In this document: positions 44,898-56,692 of the stretch, in pieces
How the letters are laid out: each line of letters opens with the position of its first letter
How positions within the stretch are numbered: the first letter of the stretch is position 1
Source: an uncultured Rivularia sp.
Lineage (GTDB): Bacteria; Cyanobacteriota; Cyanobacteriia; Cyanobacteriales; Nostocaceae
NCBI GenBank assembly: GCA_963665115.1
Contig: OY762007.1
Location: 5,600,001-5,664,000, forward strand
DNA: 64,000 bases
Direction: 5' to 3'
Made by a program: the position numbers and the translations under genes
The notes under the pieces: generated by a model
The model's database searches: none
What the model saw: only the letters and a program-made list of their open reading frames with translations
What the model was told of the DNA's origin: nothing

Positions 44898-45149
44898 TTA
44901 TTGATAGTAATCTGGCTCTGCCTCTGGTTGAGTAACTGCAAAATTAGATACATCGAATAGAAAACGAGTAGCTTCTTCTTCTAAGCGATGAATTAAGTAA
45001 GGTTCAATGCCGTTGCTTTGTCTGAGCGCGGCTAAGTAACCGTCTAAATAAATCCGCATATCATCTGTACGATAACCCCGATTCCACATCTCGACGAAGG
45101 CATCAGTTAACGTTTGATAGTAGCGGATGGTTCGTGTGTCTTGGAGCAT
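44898..45149 (-). CDS. Conserved cyanobacterial small protein (DUF6761-like)
   Basis: MLQDTRTIRYYQ...YLDGYLAALR...IHRLEEE. Confidence 0.75.
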   Translation of the reverse strand: MLQDTRTIRYYQTLTDAFVEMWNRGYRTDDMRIYLDGYLAALRQSNGIEPYLIHRLEEEATRFLFDVSNFAVTQPEAEPDYYQ

Positions 45150-45648
45150 AAGATAAGAGAAAAATGTCCCTATGGGTTGGAATGAGAATTGTAAATGATT
45201 CAAGCCTAGATGTGAAGTCTAACTTTTAAATAGGCATGAATTACAAGTGAATATAATTTGCGTGAAAAAAATTAGCTATTGTCACGACCTCTACACATAT
45301 CCTATTCCTTAAAAGGTTAAATGTGATGAGTAAATAAGCGATTGTTATATTTTTCCTACATGATTAATTCATTATCTGTCAGGGATGCTTTACGCTATTA
45401 AAAATAAAATATCTACCCCCCAGCTCATTGGAAAACGCTTTACCTAAGCTTATTACAGAACTAGGCTTTGCCCCTCGTAATTTGAATGCAAGTAATACAA
45501 TGAAAAGAACAAAACTACTAACAAATATCTTAGCTTTAGTATACCAAAAATCGATAAGTGTAACCAATGCTGTTGCAAATTCCGCAACCGCCTAAAGAAA
45601 GCGTCCAATTAAAAAAAATCTTTAAATGTCAAGCAAATGCCAATTGGA

Positions 45649-45691
45649 GTAACAACGGTTACAAAACCGATGCTATAGGCTTTGTTACCTT
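45649..45691 (+). promoter_or_regulatory. NtcA-activated promoter
   Basis: GTAACAACGGTTAC (GTA-N8-TAC), 23 nt, TACCTT (TAN3T). Confidence 0.8.
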
Positions 45692-45723
45692 GAAAGTCAT
45701 ACTCGAATGAGGGGTTTGCCACC

Positions 45724-46518
45724 GTGGGTTCGGTTTGTATAGAAATTATTGAGGGGAATCCCCATTTAAGGTCGCTGTTAGGTTGGCACTTACAACAATT
45801 GGACTATCGAGTATTTCAGGCTGCTAGCATTTATCAAGCTAAAGAAGCCTTTATGACTCATCAACCAACACTAGTTGTTCTTGATGCCGATCTGCCCGAT
45901 GGTGATGGAGTCGAGTTTTGTCGTTGGTTAAATCGCCAGCAACAGCCTTTGATTCTAATGCTCTCTGCGCGAAATAACGAAGCTGATATTGTCACGGGCT
46001 TGAAAGCAGGTGCAGATGATTACTTAAGCAAACCTTTTGGGATGCAAGAGTTTTTAGCCAGAGTAGAAGCACTTGTTCGCCGCAAGCGTACTCCTGTAGC
46101 GCCTGCTTACCTAGATTACGGTGCTTTGCAAATTGATTTAATCCAGCGCCGCGTCCGCTTTAAAGGTGAATTTATTGATTTAACACCCCAAGAATTCAGC
46201 TTGCTTTATGTATTAGCTCAAGCAGCTGGAATACCTTTATCCCGCTCGGAATTGCTGCGTCGTGCTTGGCCTGACGCAATAGATAATCCGCGCACGATTG
46301 ATACGCACGTATTATCGCTGCGGAAAAAAGTAGAATTAGATCCACGCCAACCAAGTCTAATTCAGACCATACGCAACGTAGGATATCGGTTTAACGTCGA
46401 AATTCTAAATATAAATGTTTCTCAAAATATTACCGAGCGATCGCCAGCAAAGATAGCTAACCATCAGCCAAAAAACCAATTTACTAGTCAGCATTCTACG
46501 ATTGCTTCAGGGAGGTGA
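45724..46518 (+). CDS. nrrA: OmpR-family response regulator, NrrA-like
   Basis: MGSVCIEIIEGNPHLRSLLGWHL N-terminus, OmpR winged helix and upstream NtcA site. Confidence 0.78.
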   Translation: MGSVCIEIIEGNPHLRSLLGWHLQQLDYRVFQAASIYQAKEAFMTHQPTLVVLDADLPDGDGVEFCRWLNRQQQPLILMLSARNNEADIVTGLKAGADDYLSKPFGMQEFLARVEALVRRKRTPVAPAYLDYGALQIDLIQRRVRFKGEFIDLTPQEFSLLYVLAQAAGIPLSRSELLRRAWPDAIDNPRTIDTHVLSLRKKVELDPRQPSLIQTIRNVGYRFNVEILNINVSQNITERSPAKIANHQPKNQFTSQHSTIASGR

Positions 46519-46519
46519 G

Positions 46520-46715
46520 CGGATGGGGAGATGAGGGGACAAGGAGATGGGGAGACAAGTGGACAAGGAGATGGGGAGGACATTTCCGTGCGGGGGTTCC
46601 CCCCGTTGAGGAAAGTGTCCGTAGACAAGGGGACATAGGGAGAATTAAAACCCTTAATTCTTAATTCCTAACTCTTAACTATTCTCAATGCCCAATGCCC
46701 TGCGGCCCCAATTCT
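46520..46715. repeat. STRRs with a nested small dispersed repeat at 46584-46620
   Basis: GGGGAGAT/GGACAAG arrays interrupted by TTCCGTGCGGGGGTTCCCCCCGTTGAGGAAA. Confidence 0.8.
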
Positions 46716-46720
46716 CATTT

Positions 46721-47494
46721 TTAAAATTCAAAGTCATCGTCGGCTTCTGCTTGTTTCAAGGTTTCTTGCAAATTATTCCAGTTTATTTGAGAAGCTGTTT
46801 GATTTTTGATTAAACGCCCTTGTTGCAAGTGAAAAAGCCGGGTACAAAACATCTGGGCTAAATTTAGCTGGTGATTCACCATCAAAATTGTGGTTTGGTG
46901 CTTTTCGTATAGCTGATTTAAGATTTCTATGATGCGCTCTGCTGTTCCTGAATCTAAGTTAGAGGTTGGTTCATCTAACAATAGAATTTTTGGCTGGATA
47001 ACTAAACCTCTCGCAAGGTTTACTAACTGTCGCTGTCCGTTAGAAAGCTGCGTTTCCGTTCTTCCTAACCAGTCGTCTGGAATCTGTAGCTGTTCCATCC
47101 AATAGCTTAAACGTTGCTGAATTTGAGGCTTAGGTAGATTTCGCAAAATAAGCGGATAAGCTAAAGCCTCTCTGACGCTCATTCCTAACAACTTTGGTTC
47201 TTGTGATACTAGTATTACAGATTGACGTAATTCTTTCACGGCAATTTGCCGATACTCTCGATTGTCAAAATAAATTTTACCATTTGTGGCTTCGCACAAA
47301 CGATTTAAAAGCCTTAATAAATAAGACTTCCCCGCGCCAGTTGGTCCTATAATTGCAATGCGATCGCCTTCGTAAACCTCGAATGAGATATCCTGCAATA
47401 TGGGATATTCGGGTAATTTATGCTTGGCTTGAACGGTCAGTTTTTCTGTGTAGCTGACTTGTTCTAATTTGAGTTGGATTTTAGGCTTCTCCAA
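46721..47494 (-). CDS. ABC transporter ATP-binding protein
   Basis: GPTGAGKS, LSNGQ, LLLDEP and VNH motifs. Confidence 0.93.
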   Translation of the reverse strand: MEKPKIQLKLEQVSYTEKLTVQAKHKLPEYPILQDISFEVYEGDRIAIIGPTGAGKSYLLRLLNRLCEATNGKIYFDNREYRQIAVKELRQSVILVSQEPKLLGMSVREALAYPLILRNLPKPQIQQRLSYWMEQLQIPDDWLGRTETQLSNGQRQLVNLARGLVIQPKILLLDEPTSNLDSGTAERIIEILNQLYEKHQTTILMVNHQLNLAQMFCTRLFHLQQGRLIKNQTASQINWNNLQETLKQAEADDDFEF

Positions 47495-47592
47495 ATTTAA
47501 AACCTCGCCCGCTAAGTTTTGTCGGGTTAATAGTCGAGTTAGTGTCTAAAATACTATTCTGGACTCAAAAAATATAACTCGTCATTTTAATT

Positions 47593-48360
47593 GTGAACGA
47601 TTCAACTATATCTTGTTTGCCAAGAATGATGGACATCTGGGAACAAACCCTTAATTGGCAGCCATCTTCTCAACAGCAACAACAATTTCAACGTCTTTAT
47701 GAGTTGATTCTTGAAGGAAACCGTCAGCTAAATTTAACTCGCATTACCCAACCTGAAGATTTTTGGGAAAAACATTTATGGGATTCTTTGCGGGGAATTA
47801 AGTTTTTGATTTCAAGTGAGGGGGGAGAGGGGGAAGAGGTAGGAGATAGGAAAGAAATTAAGATTATTGATTTAGGTACGGGTGCGGGTTTTCCTGGCAT
47901 TCCAGCAGCTATTATTGTTAATAATTGTACGATTAATTTAGTTGATTCTACTAAGAAAAAAATTAATTTTATAGATAGTATTTTGCCCGTACTTAATCTA
48001 AGTAACGTTAAAGCAACTACTTCTAGAGCAGAAGAAATCGGTAGAGACAGCAATCATAGAGAAAATTACGATATAGCGCTGATTAGGGCTGTAGCTTCAG
48101 CTTCGGCTTGTGCAGAATATGCTTTACCATTGTTAAAACAAGGAGGATTAGCTGTAGTTTACCGGGGTAGCTGGACGGAAGAAGAAAATCTCGGCATAGA
48201 AAACGCCGTCGGACAATTGGGCGGAATTGTAGAATCAATCGAACAATTTAATACACCCTTGAGTAACGGCGATCGCCATTGTCTCTATTTGCGAAAAACA
48301 GCAAATACCCCTGCGAAGTTTCCCCGCGCAGTTGGCGTACCCTCTCGGAATCCGCTTTGA
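47593..48360 (+). CDS. rsmG: 16S rRNA m7G527 methyltransferase
   Basis: LNLTRI, HLWDSL, DLGTGAGFPG, RAV and FPRAVG motifs. Confidence 0.96.
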   Translation: MNDSTISCLPRMMDIWEQTLNWQPSSQQQQQFQRLYELILEGNRQLNLTRITQPEDFWEKHLWDSLRGIKFLISSEGGEGEEVGDRKEIKIIDLGTGAGFPGIPAAIIVNNCTINLVDSTKKKINFIDSILPVLNLSNVKATTSRAEEIGRDSNHRENYDIALIRAVASASACAEYALPLLKQGGLAVVYRGSWTEEENLGIENAVGQLGGIVESIEQFNTPLSNGDRHCLYLRKTANTPAKFPRAVGVPSRNPL

Positions 48361-48603
48361 GAAGAGGGGAATAGGGAGATGGGGAGAAAAAATTAATTTA
48401 TTAACTCCTAAATCTTAACTCCTAACTCCGTGAGCTATGCCCAATGCCCAATCCCCCATGCCCAATTCCCTATGCCAAATCCTCAATTCCCAATTGCGTA
48501 TATTAATTTACGAGTTTTTTACAGAATATTCTTGAGATAATAAAAGAAAAAGATTATAAACGTTTTACAAACTAAGCATAGCTAGGAAGGAATAAAAAAA
48601 GCC

Positions 48604-49140
48604 ATGAGTGAAGCAGCAGAAGTTAAAACAACCGATTCCAATGAAAAAGGTTCGGGGTTTTCTAAATTTAAGAAAATTCTAATTGGTGTTGTAATCGCGA
48701 CGATTGCGGGTGCAGCTTTATACGGTGCTGGTTGGTGGCAAGGGCGTTCTCAATTTGCTGGTGATGATGAGCCAATCAAGCGAGAGTTACAGCAAACTAA
48801 GGAACTGTTGAATACATCAACAAATCGTGCTTATTTGATGGAAGCTCGTGGCGATTTGTATGATGTTACAGTCAACTTGGACGAGCGTAACTTTGGTATG
48901 GCAAATACTCGCTTGCAGGAAGCAGCAGCAGCTTTAGGTAAAGTTGAGGATGACGGTAATTTGAATATTAATAAAATACAAGAGTTGCAAAAAGCTGTTG
49001 CGAAAAAGAATATCAATGTTGCGGTTAATTTAGAACAACAGCGCAATAGTGTTTTAAGCTACATTAATGTTTTAAATAAACTGATTCCAGCTGAAGGAAA
49101 CTTAGAGATTCCCGCAGCGGAAGAAGCCCCTCAACAATAA
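48604..49140 (+). CDS. Hypothetical single-TM helical protein
   Basis: N-terminal TM segment followed by coiled coil. Confidence 0.7.
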   Translation: MSEAAEVKTTDSNEKGSGFSKFKKILIGVVIATIAGAALYGAGWWQGRSQFAGDDEPIKRELQQTKELLNTSTNRAYLMEARGDLYDVTVNLDERNFGMANTRLQEAAAALGKVEDDGNLNINKIQELQKAVAKKNINVAVNLEQQRNSVLSYINVLNKLIPAEGNLEIPAAEEAPQQ

Positions 49141-49271
49141 AGGTTCGGATTCAGGTAACTGAAAATAAATTTGTGGAAACTGTAGTTATTTTTAGGTGAC
49201 TACAGTTTTTTATTAGCTAGTTAAACAAGCTTTGCTAAATTGAGTGATACTATATATGATACTATTTCTCG

Positions 49272-49571
49272 ATGAGCAAATTAGAGAAATTAGTACAGTA
49301 ATTCCTTAGAAAACCTTCGGAAGTTAGGTTTGAAGATGTACGCTATATTTTAGAAGCCTTCGGGTTTGATGAGAAGCGCTCTAAAGGCAGTCATCATAGT
49401 TTTTGTGACTTCCAAGGTAGAACAATTACTATTCCCAAAAAAGGTGAAAAAAAAGTTAAAGGGGGTGTATATCGAAAAAATTGTTGAACTATTAAATTTA
49501 GAAGAGTGGAATTATGACCTGAAGGTGTAAGCCTGAATCAATACATTGTTTTCTTATTAAGCAATTCATGA
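49272..49571 (+). pseudogene. Decayed hicAB toxin-antitoxin locus
   Basis: HicA-like MSKLEKLVQ*FLRKPSEVRFEDV...KGSHH...TIPKK with in-frame TAA at 49299; only a HicB-like tail EGVSLNQYIVFLL remains (49521-49571). Confidence 0.8.
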
Positions 49572-50140
49572 AATTATTTTGGCAATTAAGTAAAGCTCCC
49601 ATTATACAAATAATAGGTTTGCTTTCAAGCGTATTCATTATTAACAATCCTGCTTTAGCTCAAGAAACATCTAAACAACCTCAACCCCCGAAGGAACTTG
49701 AACGTTTAGAATATTTACAAGGAACTTGGCGCTGTCAACAACCAGCAGCACCTGCACCTGCATCGGGTGTATTTATTTGGACGGTGAAAAAAGATTTAAA
49801 CAACTTTTGGTACTTGGGAAATGCTGAAGAAACAAAATCGGCAAATGGTGGTAAACCTATCAACGCAAGAGAATTTCTCGGATATAATGTAGCTTCTAAA
49901 AAATTAATCCGTTCTGTTGTAGTGGGTGACGGTAATTCATATAATATGACTGCATCCGATTGGCAAAATGGAAAATTAGTCTGGGAAGGATTTCTTTTTA
50001 GAATGGGACAATCTACACCTCTTCGTCAAGAAATTGTACAAGATAGTCAAAATAAATTTACTGCAACTTATTTTCTTCCCGATAAAGCAAACCGATGGAA
50101 ACCCGCAGTTAATGAAACTTGCAATCGTTTGAAACCTTAA
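49568..50140 (+). CDS. Secreted beta-barrel hypothetical protein (DUF1579-like)
   Basis: Signal ending PALA; LEYLQGTWRC...FLGYN...W...LVW. Confidence 0.65.
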   Translation: MKLFWQLSKAPIIQIIGLLSSVFIINNPALAQETSKQPQPPKELERLEYLQGTWRCQQPAAPAPASGVFIWTVKKDLNNFWYLGNAEETKSANGGKPINAREFLGYNVASKKLIRSVVVGDGNSYNMTASDWQNGKLVWEGFLFRMGQSTPLRQEIVQDSQNKFTATYFLPDKANRWKPAVNETCNRLKP

Positions 50141-50365
50141 TAAAGGTACTTTGAATAAGCGCTTTCTTACAGCGCAAACTATTAGGTATGTAATTACAAT
50201 TAGTAAGAAAACAAACCCGATAGGATGAACTGAGACAAAAGGTAATTTTCATCAGCTGGGTAAAGTTAAAGGTTTAATCAAAAATCATAATAAAAACCAT
50301 CCTCGTTGATGTTCGGCTAAAAGCGTATCTCAACCCAAAAATAAACCTACTTATAAATAAAATAT

Positions 50366-51353
50366 TCAACCAAGCCCCAAATCCTCATCCAAACCCAGCA
50401 TAATATTTAGATTCTGTACCGCAGCACCTGAAGCACCTTTTCCTAAATTATCCAATCGCGCTACTAATAAGGCTTCTTTTGTTTGATCGTTCGCAAATAC
50501 AAACACTTGCACTAAGTTAGTATTATTCGCTGCTTGAGCATCAAGAAACTTGCCCTTGCGTAAAGAACCGTTATCATTTAAAGGCGCGACGGAAACGTAT
50601 TTTTCGTTTTGATAATATTCTTTGAGGGTATTATGAATCAATTCACCGCTAAGTTTGTTTTTAAACTCATTTTTAAATGGATTTTGCAGCGAGTGTAAAG
50701 GTAAAGGAATCTGAACTAACATTCCTTTTTCAAAATTACCTACAGCAGGAACAAACAACGGTGGAGATTGCAAACCGGAATGCTCGTGCATTTCTTTCAC
50801 GTGTTTATGTGCGAAAGTTAAACCGTAGATTCCATAAGCATAGTTGTTTGCTTGTTCCCCCGAAGCGCTTTGATATTCTTCCATCAGTTTTCTTCCTCCT
50901 CCCGAATATCCAGAAATCGCATTAATAGTTGCGGGAAAATCTTTGGGGATAATACCTGCTGCAACTAAAGGGACGCATACAGGCTAAAAACCCGGTGGGA
51001 TAGCATCCGGGATTACTGACTCTTTTAGCGTTTCTAATTTCTTCTCGACGTTTTTCTTCTAATTCGGGAAAGCCATACACCCAGCCATTTGCAACGCGGT
51101 GAGCGGAACTTGCATCTAATATTTTGACATTGGGGTTGGTGACAAAACTTACAGATTCACGGGCTGCGTCGTCGGGTAAACAAAGAATGGCAACGTCAGC
51201 TGAGTTAATGAAGTGCGATCGCGCTTGAGCATCTTTACGTTTTTCTGGAGGTATGCTGACAATTTCAATATCATCGCGTTCGTTTAAACGTGAGTGAATT
51301 TGCAATCCTGTGGTACCCTCTGCACCATCAATAAAAACTGTAGGTTTAGCCAT
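50366..51353 (-). CDS. argC: N-acetyl-gamma-glutamyl-phosphate reductase (type 2), +1 frameshift at ~50967-50972
   Basis: FIDGAEGTTG, SNPGCYPTG and DNLGKGASGAAVQN motifs. Confidence 0.95.
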
Positions 51354-52020
51354 AATTCCATACCTTTCCTGAAAAACTCGGAGATGCTTTTATATTTTCT
51401 CACTAATGTTGTCCAATTTCCACTATTAGTTATTCGTACAATTGGCTAGATTCTCGATGAATTAAATGTACTTATTGTTTTATTTCTTTGATTTATTTCA
51501 AATGTAAACTAACTTCGACCCAGATTTTATTATCAATCGATATAATTCACTCGGCAAAGTATTCTATTGGAAATATACCGCAAAAAAATTAGACTTTTTT
51601 TAATTAATGAATGATTAATTACACTTAATAGTTTAAGTAGCTTCTCAGACTGTATGTAGCGGTTTTCAGTATTTAAACAAAATCGATTTTATTTTAACTT
51701 GATGAAAACCACTAAAGCATTTAGATAAAAAATACAAGTGCTTTAGGGTTGACCAATCTAATCCATAAAAAATTTAACGAACATAATTCCTATATGAAAT
51801 AAAAACCGATTTACTATTTTAGTTTTTATAAAGATATTGAAATGCGTGTACGTCCAAGCTTTTAAAAAAATAAAATAATTCGTTAATTTTAAAAGCAACG
51901 AAAATAAATTAAAATTTGATATTCGTTTATTTTATATCCAGATAATTACGAGAATTCATGACTTACTATGTAAATGGTTTTGTTGGAACCCCAGGTAGAA
52001 CTAAGTGAGGAAATATAAAA

Positions 52021-52869
52021 ATGGCTGATGAAAACACGACTTTAGATTTACTTGCCCAGAATGAAATAGATCCTATCTCTACTCCCCAGGTAGATAAATC
52101 TAAGGAAAGACCGTCTGATTCAAACGAAGCGCAATCTTTTATCATCAACAGTTCCGTTAACAACGGTAGTTTTGAAGGTTCTTTCTTTGAGGGAGGTACT
52201 TTTGAGAATTGGCGGACTATTGGTGATACCAGTATCGAGACAAAAGACATCGGAATTCCTCCTAGCGACGGAGAGTTCCAAGCTTTAATTACTAATGGTT
52301 CTAGCGATGCGGGTGGTTCGGTTGAAGAATCCGATTTATCTGATTTTCTAGACTTACCATCAGGCTCTCTCGATGCTGTGCTTAGTGGGGATGCAACAGA
52401 AGGTTCGGGAATCAAACAAACATTTAACGCCCAAGCTGGTGATATTTTAGAGTTTGATTTTTCCTTTCTTACCAATGAAGGAACCCCATCCTCAAGTTTC
52501 AACGATTCAGCTTTCTTCTCTGTTGGTGGGTTTACTCAGGAATTAACTGATACATTCGACTCTACTTTCTCCGATCAATCTGTAGAGAGATTTACTCAAG
52601 CAACCGAAAGTCAATCTACGAAAATCTTAATTCAGCAAGCTGGAACTTATGAGTTAGGCTTCGGAATTGTAGATTTATCCGATACTGTTGTCGATTCTGG
52701 ACTACTGATTGACGATGTAAAGCTTACCTCAACAGGTGTGGGTCCTTTTTCAACAGAATCTTTAACAGTCGAAGGTGGTGATAATACTATTATTAATCCC
52801 GAATTTGATTTCATTCTTAAAACTAATGGATTAGAAACTGTTGGGGATTCTTCCAATCCCCTGCAATAA
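52021..52869 (+). CDS. Acidic beta-rich hypothetical protein
   Basis: NGSFE...W...ATEGSGIKQTF...FLTNE...DSGLLIDDV; no signal peptide evident. Confidence 0.7.
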   Translation: MADENTTLDLLAQNEIDPISTPQVDKSKERPSDSNEAQSFIINSSVNNGSFEGSFFEGGTFENWRTIGDTSIETKDIGIPPSDGEFQALITNGSSDAGGSVEESDLSDFLDLPSGSLDAVLSGDATEGSGIKQTFNAQAGDILEFDFSFLTNEGTPSSSFNDSAFFSVGGFTQELTDTFDSTFSDQSVERFTQATESQSTKILIQQAGTYELGFGIVDLSDTVVDSGLLIDDVKLTSTGVGPFSTESLTVEGGDNTIINPEFDFILKTNGLETVGDSSNPLQ

Positions 52870-53354
52870 TGATTAAATCCACGAAAAGGCAATAACAGGT
52901 TTTATCGTGGTTCACGTATGAGGTTGTATATAGCACTCCTCAATCATTGTTGATTATTAAGAAACCCGGTTTTTTATAAAAACCGGGTTTCTCCGCATGA
53001 CCGTTCCAATGCAGGTTTAAGCAATATATTTTCCCGATTTAATTCGGAAAACGCGGTACTGTAAATAGAATTCACAGTTGAAATGGTAATATAATATTGG
53101 ATTTACGGTCAGTTATTTTACTTAATACATTTCTGTAACAATTAATGGAATAATAGATTCAATCTTGTACTGATTGACCGAATCAATTTTAGATTTAGGA
53201 TGTTGCTGAAGGTTAGATGTATCAGTTTCGATTACGTCAAACTTATAGGTACACCCAACCTCTCTTTTTAAGTGGGGCTTGCGTAAATTTTAATTTATTG
53301 AATTAATCTAAAATATAAAATTGATTGACCGATTCTTTTTCACGTTCATTGAAG

Positions 53355-54014
53355 ATGAAATTCACGAATCGCTGGCTGTTTCTGACTATTGGTTTAGTTG
53401 TACTTGTAGTTTTTGGCTTCGGAGGCTATCAACTTGGGCGCTTTTTCTTACGCGAACCCACAGCAGATAGTGTGGCAAACAAAAAACCTCAAAAGGATAA
53501 CAAAGTAAAAATAAGTTTGGGTAATTTTGAGGAACTTGAAGGTACACCTTATTTAATGGCACCCGTTAATTCTCAACCAAACGATCGTCAAGATTATTCT
53601 GAAAAAAAAGCATTAACTATCCGTAACTATTTATTTGTAAATGCTAACGATAAATCAGCACAGCGATTAGTGCCCGAAAATGACTTGTTGTTTGTGAATG
53701 CCCAAAAAGTAGTTCTAGAAAGACGTGACGATAAAATCGTCAGAGGGATGTGGTATGAAGTGGTTAAAGCTGATAGCAACAAAGATAAAATTTTAGATAA
53801 TAGGGATAAGAAAATTATTGCCGTTTCTGATGTTTCGGGAAACGATTATACAGAAGTTATTGATGAAGTGGATAGATTCTTAGGTTCGCATCAAAAGAAT
53901 TCAACCACTTTATTAGTTTTTTACGAACTTGATGGTAGAGAATACATCGGCGAAATTGATATTCTCAAACGTGTATTAGTTGAAAATCAAGTATTACCTT
54001 CGGTTAGGGAGTAG
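53355..54014 (+). CDS. Hypothetical membrane-anchored protein with an EF-hand-like DSNKDKILD loop
   Basis: N-terminal TM segment; start set at MKFTNR. Confidence 0.7.
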   Translation: MKFTNRWLFLTIGLVVLVVFGFGGYQLGRFFLREPTADSVANKKPQKDNKVKISLGNFEELEGTPYLMAPVNSQPNDRQDYSEKKALTIRNYLFVNANDKSAQRLVPENDLLFVNAQKVVLERRDDKIVRGMWYEVVKADSNKDKILDNRDKKIIAVSDVSGNDYTEVIDEVDRFLGSHQKNSTTLLVFYELDGREYIGEIDILKRVLVENQVLPSVRE

Positions 54015-54058
54015 GAGTTGGGAGTTGGCAGTAGAAAGTGGAGAGTAGAGAGTAGAAA

Positions 54059-54201
54059 GTAGGTTGGGTTAAGCGCACGACTAATAATTTTCAAGTAGAA
54101 ATTGATTGAAGCGCTGTAACCCAACATCTTTTTTCTCTAATTATCTCAGACACTGATGTTGGATTACTATTCATCTTTTTTTCCTGTCTAACCCAACCTA
54201 C
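54059..54201 (-). mobile_element. Third GTAG-family REP doublet
   Basis: GTAGGTTGGGTTAAGCGCA...GTCTAACCCAACCTAC, opposite orientation to the 14002 copy. Confidence 0.8.
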
Positions 54202-54209
54202 TTTTTAAA

Positions 54210-56102
54210 CTACTGCATCATTTGGTTATTAGGATGAAAGTAATCGTAAATTTCTTGTGCCAAACGCGGTCCAATTCCGGAAACTTCGGCTATTTGCGCG
54301 GGTGTTGCTAAGCGAATGTAATCTATTGAACGAAAATGCGCTAAAAGTTGTTGTTGCCGATTGTGTCCCAAACCTGGTATTTCATCCAAGCGCGATCGCC
54401 TTAATTTTGCGGTGCGTTGTTGGCGGTGGAAGGTGACTGCAAAACGGTGGGCTTCGTCGCGCAAACGTCGCAGAAGTTGGACTCCGGGTTGTTCGGCTTC
54501 TGTTTTTAACGGTATAGATTCTCCTGGTACGAATATTTCTTCCCGTCGTTTGGCTAGACTGACAACTCGCACGTCTTCTAATAAGTTCATTTCTCGCAAA
54601 ACTGCTACCACAGAAGATAATTGTCCTTTTCCACCGTCTATCATTACTAAGTCGGGAAAATCGGGATTACCCATTCTTTGCAATTGCGGATCTTCTATAT
54701 ATTTGCGAAAGCGTCTGCCGATAACTTCAGCTAAGGAAGCAAAATCATCTGAGTGACCGATTTGAATCTCAGGATTTCTAATTTTATAGTGCCGATAATG
54801 TTGTTTTGCCGGTAAACCATCGATAAACACTACTTGCGAAGCTACCGCATTTGAACCTTGAATGTGGGAAATATCGTAACCTTCGATGCGATGGGGCAAC
54901 TCGGGTAAATCGATGATGGCGGTTAAATCTTGCAGTGCTAAAGTATTGCGATCGCCAAGTTTTTGCATTCTTTGCAATTCATAGTTGGCGTTTCGCTCTA
55001 CCATTTCAATCAATTCTGCTTTAAGTTGGCGCTGGGGATTAACAATGGTGACTTTTCTTCCTTTACGCTGGCTCAACGCTTCCGCTAAAATTTCTGCATC
55101 CGGTAAATCGTGCTGAACGATAATTTCTGTAGGAATTTCTACTGAGTCGGCAGTTTGATAATGTTCTTCTAATACACGTTGCAAAATAGCTCCAAATCCA
55201 GCTTGTGCATCGGCTATAAACGCAAGTCTTCCTACTAATTGTCCGGCGCGAATCTGAAATAACTGAATGCAGCCGTGTTTGTCGTCTGCGGCTAAAGCAA
55301 TGGCATCGCGAGAAATTGTATCATCTGGTAAAGATACTTTTTGGTCAGCATTTAACGATTTCAACCCGGCGATTTGATCTCTTCTACGCGCCGCTGTTTC
55401 AAAGTTTAATTCTTCGGATGCTCGATCCATCTGTTCGGTGAGTGTATCAATTAACTCAGAAGTCCGACCTTGAAAAACCATCGCCACCTTTTGTACAATT
55501 TTGCGGTATTCTTCCGGTGTAACTAATTGCTGACAAACACCCGGACATCTTCCCAAATCGTAGTTTAAACAAGGTCTGTCCTTGAACACCGGTTGCGGTC
55601 GTTGTCTTAGAGGAAATATCCGCTTACACAAATGTAATATTCCCCGTAACAAACGAGAATCAGTATATGGTCCGTAATATTTGTCTTTTTCTTTACCAAG
55701 TCTGCGTTTGCGAGTGATGAAAATTCTCGGATATGTTTCAGACCAAGTTATACAAACGTAAGGATACTTTTTATCATCCTTGAGCAGCACGTTGAAATGT
55801 GGCTGATGCTGCTTAATCAAGTTAGCTTCTAAAGCTAGTGCTTCGGCTTCGGTATCGGTGACAATAAATTCGATATCCGTCACCAGTCTTACCATCATTG
55901 CAATGCGATCGCTAAGTTTTTGCGACTCTCGGAAATAAGAACGAACCCGCGATCGCAATTTTCGTGATTTACCTATATATACGATGCGATCGGTTGCATC
56001 CCGCATCAAATAAACCCCCGGCTCTGGGGGAATCTCTTTTAAACGATTTTCCAGACGTTCTGGATTTTTTAACAGTGGTAAAGCTTCAGCAGATTTTGTC
56101 AC
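54210..56102 (-). CDS. uvrC: excinuclease ABC subunit C
   Basis: GIY-YIG (PGVY...YIGK), [20 protein letters not shown] and HhH motifs. Confidence 0.98.
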   Translation of the reverse strand: MTKSAEALPLLKNPERLENRLKEIPPEPGVYLMRDATDRIVYIGKSRKLRSRVRSYFRESQKLSDRIAMMVRLVTDIEFIVTDTEAEALALEANLIKQHQPHFNVLLKDDKKYPYVCITWSETYPRIFITRKRRLGKEKDKYYGPYTDSRLLRGILHLCKRIFPLRQRPQPVFKDRPCLNYDLGRCPGVCQQLVTPEEYRKIVQKVAMVFQGRTSELIDTLTEQMDRASEELNFETAARRRDQIAGLKSLNADQKVSLPDDTISRDAIALAADDKHGCIQLFQIRAGQLVGRLAFIADAQAGFGAILQRVLEEHYQTADSVEIPTEIIVQHDLPDAEILAEALSQRKGRKVTIVNPQRQLKAELIEMVERNANYELQRMQKLGDRNTLALQDLTAIIDLPELPHRIEGYDISHIQGSNAVASQVVFIDGLPAKQHYRHYKIRNPEIQIGHSDDFASLAEVIGRRFRKYIEDPQLQRMGNPDFPDLVMIDGGKGQLSSVVAVLREMNLLEDVRVVSLAKRREEIFVPGESIPLKTEAEQPGVQLLRRLRDEAHRFAVTFHRQQRTAKLRRSRLDEIPGLGHNRQQQLLAHFRSIDYIRLATPAQIAEVSGIGPRLAQEIYDYFHPNNQMMQ

Positions 56103-56692
56103 AATTAAAGCCTGAAATTTTTGGAAATCGACCCATCTTTACTATTTTAGGTAAAATCACCTTTGTTGTACGCGGATTTTATTTTTATCCTCCAAGCATT
56201 TTATTTCTGGTGTTAATTCGATAATTCACTGCTTTACAGATGCTTTCCAAATACTCAATCTTGATACGTTTTTGATGGCAAAGCACGATTGTAATTACTA
56301 TTTCTTCAAACTTTCTTGTCAATTAATTATAAAATATTGGAAAACTAGTAAGGATTCTTTTAAACCTGGGATTAACTTAATTATTTACATCTTAGCTAAA
56401 GCGATATAATATCAATTTTGACCCATTCCTTCGTAAATTCTCTACATTCAGGACTTCGATCATCATAAATTCGTTATATTCATCTAACTAAAATAAGCAA
56501 GATGACCTATTATTCCCAAAACCCCTAAATATTAAGAGAATCAACGGATTTATAGACTTGAACCAAATGAGTATGATTGGTATAAATCAAACTTACCCGT
56601 CTGTGACGAATTCATGTATAGTTTGATATTATTTTCCTCATTCGTACTCACTACCAATTTAATTTATAAAAAATATTTAAGGAGATAAAAAT

